The notes under the pieces: model-generated
Databases searched by the model: none
Seen by the model: the letters and a program-made list of their open reading frames with translations, nothing else
What the model was told of the DNA's origin: nothing
DNA from: an uncultured Bdellovibrionales bacterium
GTDB taxonomy: Bacteria > Patescibacteriota > Minisyncoccia > Moranbacterales > UBA1568
Direction of reading: 5' to 3'
Assembly: GCA_964436855.1 (NCBI GenBank)
Contig: CAYTED010000007.1
Span: forward strand, 16,779 to 80,778
DNA length: 64,000 bases
Program-made: the position numbers and the translations under genes
Shown: positions 56,767-64,000 of the stretch, in pieces
Numbering within the stretch: position 1 is the stretch's first letter
How the letters are laid out: each line of letters starts with the position of its first letter

Positions 56767-56990
56767 AGGTTCTCTTTCTGAATTTTAAAAATATCTTCCA
56801 CTGATACCCGAAATGTTTTTGCAATTTTGAGCGCAAGTAAAACTGATGGAATATAATTCCCCTTTTCGAGAGCAATAATCGTCTGGCGGGTTACCCCGAC
56901 AGATTCAGCAAGTGCCTCCTGTGTCACCTGTCTTTTTCTTCGCTCATGCTCGACCATATTCCGTACGGTTTGTGTCATACGTGAAAACAC
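56763..56990 (-). CDS. XRE-family helix-turn-helix transcriptional regulator
   Basis: 75 aa; QEALAESVGVTRQTIIALEKGNYIPSVLLALKIAKTF is a canonical Cro/C1 HTH. Confidence 0.8.
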   Translation of the reverse strand: MFSRMTQTVRNMVEHERRKRQVTQEALAESVGVTRQTIIALEKGNYIPSVLLALKIAKTFRVSVEDIFKIQKENL

Positions 56991-57073
56991 GTCAAGTTAA
57001 CTTTACATACCCAGTATACTTTTTCAGAAAATAATGTCAAGTTAACTTTACATAAGGGAAAATTCCCTCTCGA

Positions 57074-59299
57074 ATGGCTTCAGTATCTTATCTAAGTAAA
57101 GAAAGGCGACGGCTATGTTACGATAGGGAAATGAAATCCTATTCGCAATTTACACTGACCGGTGTCGTCCAAGGAGTCGGTTTTCGTCCGTATATTTGTC
57201 ATGCTTGCACACAGGCAGGTCTGACCGGATATGTCCAAAATATCGGAACGGGCGTCATCGTGGTTGTCGATCAAGAAAACATTTTTCGAAACATTCTCGA
57301 TCATCTTCCGAAGCATATTCGCATCGATACGATTCGCACGGAGCCCATCTCCGGTGAGTATCACGACTTCTCCATCCGTGAGAGCTCCGGAACAGGCTTT
57401 GCAGAAATCCCCCCTGACCTTTTTCTCTGCGATCAATGTCAGGCCGAGCTTTCTGATGCAAACAATCGTCGACACGGATATTTTTTTCTTACCTGCACCG
57501 AGTGTGGGCCGCGCTATACGATTACTTCATCCACCCCCTATGATCGCGAGACGACGACCATGCGAGCATTCCCCTTGTGTGAAGCATGTCGCTCCGAATA
57601 TACGCGTCCGGATAACCGCCGTTTCCACGCGCAAACAATCGCTTGCCATGATTGCGGACCGACGCTTAGTTTGTTTGTCGATCAGGTGCTCGCATCTCTT
57701 TCTTCGGATGAGGCGAAGATTGCGGTCGTTGCCGATGCGCTTGAAAAGGGAATTATCGTCTCCGTAAAAGGCATCGGCGGATTTCATCTTCTTTGTGATG
57801 CCACCGAAAAAAATATTCGCGCTCTCGACACTTTTACCAAAAGAGCCGGGAAACCCTATGCTCTCCTCTGCCAAGATCTCGTCATGGCACGCTCGATCGC
57901 CGATATCACCGAAAAAGAAGCGGAAATACTCACTTCGCCCGCCCGCCCCATTGTCCTCTGTAAGAAAAAAAAATCCGCCCCGCCGGTAAGCGAGCTTGAT
58001 ACGATCGGCATTATGCTCTCCTATACCGCGCTTCACGAGCTGCTCTTCCAAAAATTTCCCCGACCACTCGTCTGCACATCGTCCAATCGATCCGATGCTC
58101 CACTTTCGTATGAAAGAAAAAATGAAACTGCTCGAGTCATCCTCGATCACGATCGAGAGATTTGCCATCCGATTGACGACTCAATCGTCAAAGTGATTCA
58201 CGAAACGCCGCTTTTTATCCGGAGAAGTCGCGGATACGTCCCCCGATCTATTCCGGTCAACCTTCCTGCATCGAAGCCTATCCTCGCCCTCGGCGCAGAA
58301 ATGAATCATACCTTCGCGCTTTTTGACGGACGAGATCACATCATTCTTTCGCCACATCTCGGCAATACTTCCGATCCTGATAGTTTCACGCGATTCACCG
58401 ACACTCTGGAAAGCTTTCTCGCATTTACCGGTATTCAACCCGAGACTATCGTGATCGATGCACACCCGGGATACCGAACGTCGGAGTATGGTGTCGAACT
58501 CGCCGACCAATGGAATATTCCCCTCAAAAAAATCCAACATCATCGAGCACACGCCTTCGGTGTCGCGCTCGAGCACGGACTCAAGGATTTTTCTGCTATT
58601 GTCTGCGACGGTCTCGGATTTGGAGATGACGGAACGATTTGGGGAGGAGAAGTATTTGAAAACGCCCAACGTATCGGACACCTTGAAGCACATCCGCAGC
58701 TCGGAGGAGACAGCGCCACACGATTTCCCGACAAAATGCTCTATTCCTTCCTCCGATCATTTTTACCTTCTGATCAAGCGGCTTCATTTGTCCAGAATCA
58801 ATTTTCACAAAACGCACTCTCGCTTCTTGAAAAACAGTATCAAGAAAAATTTCACGCGCCACTGACTTCGAGCTGTGGGCGCGTGCTCGATGCCGCCGCA
58901 GCACTTCTTGGACTCTGCCACGAACGAACCTATGATGGACGCCCGGCTATGCTCCTTGAAGCACACTCGACCGAGCCATACTCTCTTCAACCTGTTTTCA
59001 AAGGCAATATTCTTCTCACTGCGCCCCTCTTTGCCTTCCTCATAGAGCACCTCAACGACGATCGTTCCCGACTCGCCGCAACGGTCGAGCACTATCTCGC
59101 GGAAGGACTGTATACGATCGCCGAGCAAACAAAAAAGCCCGTTGTCTGGGCTGGAGGATGTGCGTATAACCGTCTGATGACAACCTATTTTCTCGAGCGT
59201 GGCGTGCTCGTCAACAAAGAAGTTCCATCCGGAGACGGCGGGATCAGCTTCGGTCAAATCGCAGCATTACTAGCAGATGCGGGGCACGATATTGCCTGA
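57074..59299 (+). CDS. hypF: [NiFe] hydrogenase maturation carbamoyltransferase HypF
   Basis: 741 aa; acylphosphatase-like N-terminus (GVVQGVGFR), two CxxC-x18-CxxC zinc fingers, YrdC-like and Kae1-like domains. Alternative start ATG 57131. Confidence 0.9.
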   Translation: MASVSYLSKERRRLCYDREMKSYSQFTLTGVVQGVGFRPYICHACTQAGLTGYVQNIGTGVIVVVDQENIFRNILDHLPKHIRIDTIRTEPISGEYHDFSIRESSGTGFAEIPPDLFLCDQCQAELSDANNRRHGYFFLTCTECGPRYTITSSTPYDRETTTMRAFPLCEACRSEYTRPDNRRFHAQTIACHDCGPTLSLFVDQVLASLSSDEAKIAVVADALEKGIIVSVKGIGGFHLLCDATEKNIRALDTFTKRAGKPYALLCQDLVMARSIADITEKEAEILTSPARPIVLCKKKKSAPPVSELDTIGIMLSYTALHELLFQKFPRPLVCTSSNRSDAPLSYERKNETARVILDHDREICHPIDDSIVKVIHETPLFIRRSRGYVPRSIPVNLPASKPILALGAEMNHTFALFDGRDHIILSPHLGNTSDPDSFTRFTDTLESFLAFTGIQPETIVIDAHPGYRTSEYGVELADQWNIPLKKIQHHRAHAFGVALEHGLKDFSAIVCDGLGFGDDGTIWGGEVFENAQRIGHLEAHPQLGGDSATRFPDKMLYSFLRSFLPSDQAASFVQNQFSQNALSLLEKQYQEKFHAPLTSSCGRVLDAAAALLGLCHERTYDGRPAMLLEAHSTEPYSLQPVFKGNILLTAPLFAFLIEHLNDDRSRLAATVEHYLAEGLYTIAEQTKKPVVWAGGCAYNRLMTTYFLERGVLVNKEVPSGDGGISFGQIAALLADAGHDIA

Positions 59300-60301
59300 T
59301 GGCGTCGACAGGATTTTTTTTCCATATTCGGTTTGGACGATGACGCCCGAACCTTCGACGATAGTCCCGATAGACGCCGCCTTCTCGTGAAACTTTTTCA
59401 AAGAAGAGAGCACTTCATCTCCATGCTCCGGCGCGACGATCGCCACAAATCGCCCCTCGCAAGCAAGGCTATACACATCGATCCCGAGGATTTCCGTGAG
59501 CGCACGAACTTCTTCTTCGAGAGGGAGTTTCATCTCGTCAATTTCCATTCCTATCGAATTTTTTTCGGCGAGCTCATTTGCAATCGCGGCGAGTCCACCT
59601 CGCGTAATGTCTTTGCACTGCTTCACCCACGGAGCGATGGCTGCGAGTTCTTCGTGAAGCGGTTTGCTATCGGTTTCAAGCGCTGTTTCGAGCTCAAATC
59701 GCTTGGCGAGAAGTGCTGCACCATGCTCGCCAATTCCTCCCGAGACAATAATATGGTCTCCCGGGACAATGGTTTTCTCGAAAATATGTTTCGAGAGACC
59801 GATACCACTGGTTGTAATAATCAGTTTGTCGACACTGCCGCGCTCGACTACTTTGGTATCGCCCGTAACAATCGGAATGCCCGTTTCTTTGGAAAGCGCT
59901 CCGATCGTCTCTACAATTTTTTCAAACTCTTCCTTTGCTAATCCTTCTTCGAGAACAAAAGAAAGCGAGAGACCGATCGGCGTCGCGCCCATCACCGAAA
60001 GATCATTCACCGTTCCACAAAACGCAATCTTTCCGATATTTCCACCCGGGAAAAAAATCGGTGTTACGACATAGGCGTCCGTCGTAAACACCAATTGCTC
60101 TCCGTTTGAAAGCGCATAACTTGCGGCATCGTCTTCGGTATGCGACCATTTTTCCGATGATGGGAAATGTTCCCGAAAGGAGTCAATGAGCTTTTGCATT
60201 TCGCGTCCGCCGCTTCCTTCGCTCAATTTGATCGTATTCATTTCTCGCTCCACCGGCACCGGACATTCGCCGGTCAGGCAGTCGGCTTTTTCATCTTTCA
60301 T
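59270..60301 (-). CDS. hypE: Hydrogenase maturation protein HypE
   Basis: 343 aa; PurM-like fold; C-terminal ...PRIC motif diagnostic of HypE. Confidence 0.9.
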   Translation of the reverse strand: MKDEKADCLTGECPVPVEREMNTIKLSEGSGGREMQKLIDSFREHFPSSEKWSHTEDDAASYALSNGEQLVFTTDAYVVTPIFFPGGNIGKIAFCGTVNDLSVMGATPIGLSLSFVLEEGLAKEEFEKIVETIGALSKETGIPIVTGDTKVVERGSVDKLIITTSGIGLSKHIFEKTIVPGDHIIVSGGIGEHGAALLAKRFELETALETDSKPLHEELAAIAPWVKQCKDITRGGLAAIANELAEKNSIGMEIDEMKLPLEEEVRALTEILGIDVYSLACEGRFVAIVAPEHGDEVLSSLKKFHEKAASIGTIVEGSGVIVQTEYGKKILSTPSGNIVPRIC

Positions 60302-60304
60302 AAT

Positions 60305-61327
60305 TTATTCCGTTTCCGCTAAACTTTTTCCGTATTTATACGCGATCGCGCACGCGCCCTCCGATTCGCTCACCATGCAGGCGCCCTGCGGATTTTGCGG
60401 CGTACATACCACTCCAAAAAGCGGGCAATCCTTCGGCTCCACCAGCCCGCGAACAATTTCTCCACAACGACATTGCGGATTTTCCTTGCTCTCAATATTT
60501 TTGAAAAGATCCGCATAAATCAATCGCGCGTCGAGCGACTCATCTCGTGGCACCAAACCGGAAAGCGGGATGGTACCGATCCCTCGCCACTCCGCATCGG
60601 CGGGTTTGAGGGTTTGCTCGATAAGCGATTGTGCGATCGTATTTCCTTTGGGGAAAACTACTTCGGGATAATCATTGATAATTTTTACTTCTTTTTTCTT
60701 GATCATTTGTAATAGTAAAAGAATCGCATGCAACAACTGATCCGGCTTGAACCCAGAAATTACCTGCGGCAAGGGAATATCCATCTTTCCCCAAATGTCG
60801 CTTCCGATAATGGTCGAGACATGTCCGGGATCGATAAACCCGTCGAGTCGCATTTCGCTCGTGAGTACCCGCATTGCCGGCGGCATAACTTTGTGTGCGC
60901 AAAATACTTTGATACCGGCAGCGAGTAACTTCGCTGTCATTGGAGTGGTCGTTTCAAAACCAACCGCAAAAAAAACGCGATCCTTTTCGTCAATAATCTG
61001 ATCGATCGAATACACCATTCGCACGTCAGCGCCACGATTGACCGCATCGGCGAGACTCATTTTGGTCCCCGGAACATTGATCATGTCACCATACGTCGCA
61101 ACCGGAACGCCCGAGAGGGCGAGCTCGACCATGGAGTCGATATCCCGCTGTGATGTGACACACACCGGACACCCTGGGCCGGAGATCAGCTTGATATTTT
61201 TTGGCAACACTTCCCGCAATCCGTAGCGCATCACGGTATTGGTATGACCGCCGCACACTTCCATAAGCCGTACCTCCCCCATATCCCGCGCAACCAACTC
61301 TATTTCTTCGAGTAAGGCGTGTTTCAT
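60305..61327 (-). CDS. hypD: Hydrogenase maturation protein HypD
   Basis: 340 aa; CGGHT, GPGCPVCV and C-terminal CxxC-rich motifs of HypD. Confidence 0.9.
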   Translation of the reverse strand: MKHALLEEIELVARDMGEVRLMEVCGGHTNTVMRYGLREVLPKNIKLISGPGCPVCVTSQRDIDSMVELALSGVPVATYGDMINVPGTKMSLADAVNRGADVRMVYSIDQIIDEKDRVFFAVGFETTTPMTAKLLAAGIKVFCAHKVMPPAMRVLTSEMRLDGFIDPGHVSTIIGSDIWGKMDIPLPQVISGFKPDQLLHAILLLLQMIKKKEVKIINDYPEVVFPKGNTIAQSLIEQTLKPADAEWRGIGTIPLSGLVPRDESLDARLIYADLFKNIESKENPQCRCGEIVRGLVEPKDCPLFGVVCTPQNPQGACMVSESEGACAIAYKYGKSLAETE

Positions 61328-61578
61328 ACCGATGACTTCAATTCGTTTATTTCTCGATCGAGCGCTTCTTTGTCCATTTTTGCGAGGAGGTGATAGGTCT
61401 CATAGGCTGACTTTTCATCGACCTTTTGAATGGCAAATCCCACGTGCACGAGCACCCACTCGCCGATACGAGCATCCGCAAGGAACGACAAATCGACTTG
61501 ACGCTTCACTCCGCCAAAGTTGACCACTGCTTTTTTGTCTTCAATGGAGACGATTTTTCCGGGAAGCGCGAGACACAT
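61324..61578 (-). CDS. hypC: Hydrogenase maturation chaperone HypC
   Basis: 84 aa; N-terminal MCLALPGKIV (MC(L/I)(A/G)(L/I)P signature). Confidence 0.85.
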   Translation of the reverse strand: MCLALPGKIVSIEDKKAVVNFGGVKRQVDLSFLADARIGEWVLVHVGFAIQKVDEKSAYETYHLLAKMDKEALDREINELKSSV

Positions 61579-61642
61579 AGATGATTCATCCTATCAGGAC
61601 TTCTGACATCAAACAAGAAAAGGGGTTTTCCGAGTCTTTGTA

Positions 61643-62152
61643 CTATTCTTCGTCCGGAATAAAATAGAGTACCACGCCGTTTATACAGTATCGAAGTCCC
61701 GTCGGTTTGGGTCCATCAGGGAAAACGTGTCCCAAGTGTCCGCCGGAAGGAGAAGCAATAGCGGTTCTTTCCATACCAAAAAGTGAGGTGTCTTGTTTTT
61801 CTTGTACCGCATCCGGCGTGATCGGCTTGGTAAAACTCGGCCACCCCGTCCCCGAATCAAATTTGTCTTCGGAGCGAAAAACCGGCGTTTTGGTATCAAC
61901 CGCGTAGTAAGTCCCTTTTCTTTTTTCGTGCAAAAGATCGCTTGTAAACGGACGCTCGGTCCCGTCTCGATAGAGAATGTCTTCCTGCAAAGCAGATAGT
62001 CCGTTTTCAGATTTTTTGGATGATTGTTCGGCGGGCGGAGAAGACTGATTTTTCCAAAAGAAAAAACTTGCGCCGAGAAGTACGATCGGAAGTGTAAGAA
62101 GTAGGGAAAAATTTTTCATGGAGCGTATATTCATTGTGGAAAAGTCCTTCAT
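61643..62152 (-). CDS. msrB: Peptide methionine-(R)-S-oxide reductase MsrB, membrane-anchored/secreted, non-zinc form
   Basis: N-terminal TM; GTGWPSF, HLGHVFPDGP, RYCINGV catalytic Cys motif. The usual CxxC zinc pairs are absent (YAVD..TPVFRS). Confidence 0.85.
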   Translation of the reverse strand: MKDFSTMNIRSMKNFSLLLTLPIVLLGASFFFWKNQSSPPAEQSSKKSENGLSALQEDILYRDGTERPFTSDLLHEKRKGTYYAVDTKTPVFRSEDKFDSGTGWPSFTKPITPDAVQEKQDTSLFGMERTAIASPSGGHLGHVFPDGPKPTGLRYCINGVVLYFIPDEE

Positions 62153-62157
62153 ATCTG

Positions 62158-62610
62158 TTAGGCGAAAAAATTTGCAATCACTGCGATCACCAGAACCGTA
62201 ACGAGATTGACCAAGTTATCCGAAGCAAATTTCTTCCACACGATACTTCGATCGACATTGCTCCAGAGAATATTTGTCCCGACGATCGGCACCATGAAGC
62301 ACAGCCAGTTGAAGACGACAAAACCGAAAGCCATTGATGCTGGCACGCCATTGCGAACACTCATAATAATCACGGTCGTTACGGCAAAGGAAGTGAGGAG
62401 CGACAATGCCATCTGCCCCGCATACAGCTTCGGCATCATGGACTTTCCTTCTTCCATTTTTCTTTTTCGCTCCTCTTCTGAGAGCTTGTCCATTCCAAGA
62501 TATTTGAGATGAATCTTCCCCATTGGCGTCGACGGAGCGTACCAGAGCGTACCGATCACTGCCGAGATCACCACTCCAAGAAGGGAAACTAAAATAAATG
62601 TCCCGATCAT
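62158..62610 (-). CDS. Hypothetical 4-TM membrane protein (DUF1761-like?)
   Basis: 150 aa; hydropathy only. Family name is a guess. Confidence 0.4.
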   Translation of the reverse strand: MIGTFILVSLLGVVISAVIGTLWYAPSTPMGKIHLKYLGMDKLSEEERKRKMEEGKSMMPKLYAGQMALSLLTSFAVTTVIIMSVRNGVPASMAFGFVVFNWLCFMVPIVGTNILWSNVDRSIVWKKFASDNLVNLVTVLVIAVIANFFA

Positions 62611-62929
62611 ACTATTTTTCTATTACCTTTTAGTTCTTTTATTATACACCTCCGCTCCATAGAGCTGATTAGAACCTGTTTGATGGGAAGATACGCTTAC
62701 CCCACCCCTTGAAAAACTATTTCTTCTCTCGTTTTCTTGAAGGATTCCTCGATTGGATAGACTAGTGGGGACGAAAATGATTTCCCTCCCGACAATTGGC
62801 GCAATTTCGGAAAAGTCCACCTACCCCCAAAGTGCCGGTTCCCCGACAAACTTATCATCATTTCTCCCTAGTTGTTTCACAGAGAGCAGAGATCTCAGGA
62901 AATAGTCGGACAACTTAGCCACTATAACT

Positions 62930-63298
62930 TTACCTCCTATTTCTTTTTTTCTTTTTCATATGCAAGTCCTTGCAATATGACTCCGTATTCCCATCCTGTT
63001 GACATTTGAGAACCCTCTTCTCTCTTTTAGAAAGTTTTGGTGATGAAACCGAATACCCCCAGGGATAGTATGAGAAGTAGTCACCATAAGTACCCGTTCC
63101 CACTGTTCCTGTATAGGGATTCACATTACCTTTATAGCTCCAATTGTCATACACTGAATTATTGGGATTGCTTCTATAATGCGGGGATACATAAGTGCCA
63201 TTACTTCGATAATGTCCCTTTACATAAACCGAAGCACTTGCCCCCAATGGAAGCACGAGGATGGCAACCATCAGACAACTCGCTATTATCCTAACCAT
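62930..63298 (-). CDS. Secreted hypothetical protein, Tyr/Gly/Asn-rich
   Basis: Signal peptide CLMVAILVLPLGASASV; basic C-terminus. Confidence 0.45.
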   Translation of the reverse strand: MVRIIASCLMVAILVLPLGASASVYVKGHYRSNGTYVSPHYRSNPNNSVYDNWSYKGNVNPYTGTVGTGTYGDYFSYYPWGYSVSSPKLSKREKRVLKCQQDGNTESYCKDLHMKKKKRNRR

Positions 63299-63310
63299 AA
63301 GGAATGTTGA

Positions 63311-63694
63311 TTAATAGTAATAGTCGTCGTCATAATAACCACCCCCCTGCATTGCTTCCACATAACTTTGGCATCCTTCGATAAATGAATCGGAGTTGCC
63401 ACCACAACCATCCATATCTTCAATTCCGTGCATTTCTGCCCATTCATACCCTGCCTCATGTCCAGAACAGTCATCTGAGCACCCATACCCATTGAACGTG
63501 GGATATGCCTCCGGTTCATCCTCTTGAAAATATCCCGTATTCAAAGAAGGTAATGGTTTTTGTGCGGGTATAGCCGTCTCCCGAGATCCCGATTCCAACG
63601 GCTGAGACTGGTTATATCCCGGGCTAGAATCCCCCTCATCAAATGCCAAGACAAGCAGTGAGCCCAGAGCAATTATTAGAAGCCACTTTCCCAT
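63311..63694 (-). CDS. Secreted hypothetical protein, acidic Cys-containing, ends DDDYYY
   Basis: Signal peptide LLIIALGSLLVLAF; 6 Cys. Confidence 0.45.
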   Translation of the reverse strand: MGKWLLIIALGSLLVLAFDEGDSSPGYNQSQPLESGSRETAIPAQKPLPSLNTGYFQEDEPEAYPTFNGYGCSDDCSGHEAGYEWAEMHGIEDMDGCGGNSDSFIEGCQSYVEAMQGGGYYDDDYYY

Positions 63695-63757
63695 ATAATT
63701 TATCTGCTATCGGAATCCAACCCAACACCCGCATTATCAAACGGCAGGATGAGGGCG

Positions 63758-64000
63758 TCATTTTTTCAGCACCTCAATCCGTTCTATATCGACGGTAGGA
63801 GCACATTTTCCACCAAACAAAGTAACTGAGTATCCGTCATCGATACTCACCCACTTCCCGGTTATCTTCACAATCGTTTCCTCACTAATTAGTCCGGCGT
63901 CCAGCATCTCTATAATCATCTTCTCGTTACCAACAGGATATCCGGAGAAGCGCGGGTACTTCTCGTCTTTTCCTGTTTTAGTGAAATGCGCTCCATAGCA
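63758..64000 (-). CDS. Hypothetical protein, C-terminal fragment (runs off window end)
   Basis: Own translation ...AHFTKTGKDEKYPRFSGYPVGNEKMIIEMLDAGLISEETIVKITGKWVSIDDGYSVTLFGGKCAPTVDIERIEVLKK*; stop at 63758-63760. Confidence 0.35.
   Translation of the reverse strand, partial: CYGAHFTKTGKDEKYPRFSGYPVGNEKMIIEMLDAGLISEETIVKITGKWVSIDDGYSVTLFGGKCAPTVDIERIEVLKK

Noticed and set aside
62828-62941. 37-codon GTG ORF behind a perfect AGGAGGT
   Set aside because: Too short and unconserved to call as CDS from sequence alone; mentioned within the intergenic-region finding instead.
1-64000. Search for tRNA/rRNA genes, CRISPR arrays, IS elements, integrases
   Set aside because: No T-loop-like GGTTCGAATCC-type motif in a non-coding context and no rRNA-like stretches. 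There are no short periodic direct repeats with spacers. No transposase, integrase or recombinase ORFs were found. The only repeat found is the 921-bp tandem duplication.

Overview
This 64-kb window is densely coding and uses the standard genetic code. Long ORFs are intact and read with stops at TAA/TAG/TGA, so no stop-codon recoding is evident. The gene content suggests an anaerobic, small-genome bacterium of the Patescibacteria/CPR-like type (inference): many type IV pilin-like genes, a class III RNR, a group-3-like [NiFe] hydrogenase and Tat components.

Recognisable genes, in order:
- an N-terminal fragment of a P1B-type ATPase
- typA/bipA
- the anaerobic RNR genes nrdD and nrdG
- a copper operon: csoR, an HMA-permease-cupredoxin fusion, copA and a cyclophilin lipoprotein
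- a lipid-type cluster: ACP, PPTase, PlsC-like acyltransferase, OlsB/FeeM-like N-acyltransferase and two SGNH hydrolases
- an operon of homospermidine synthase, a SagB-type dehydrogenase and a ThiF-like E1 protein
- [NiFe] hydrogenase small and large subunits, plus a maturation protease on the opposite strand
- a long minus-strand cell-envelope supercluster: LytR_C-domain proteins interleaved with two tandem ~630-aa T/S/N-rich proteins, tatA/tatC, a giant secreted protein, and a DUF916-like/WxL-like surface-protein locus
- a type IV pilus locus (two pilins, three minor pilins, PilM-like, pilC, pilB) preceded by a CheY-like response regulator and a PAS histidine kinase
- a DsbD/CcdA-thioredoxin redox module, an XRE regulator, hypF, hypE-hypD-hypC and a secreted MsrB.

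Most worth a second look:
1. nrdD is interrupted by one in-frame TAA; a small downstream ORF carries the Zn ribbon and glycyl-radical motif.
2. Four LytR_C membrane proteins are interleaved with two large paralogous proteins that have no signal peptide.
3. A 921-bp, 100%-identical tandem duplication lies inside paralogous surface-protein genes.
4. A putative aminolipid (OlsB/OlsA-like) cluster has its own ACP and PPTase.
5. hss, sagB-like and thiF-like genes sit in one operon.
6. There is a 530-bp ORF-free structured region.
7. Two small ORFs are not in the ORF track.

No rRNA, tRNA or CRISPR array was recognised.
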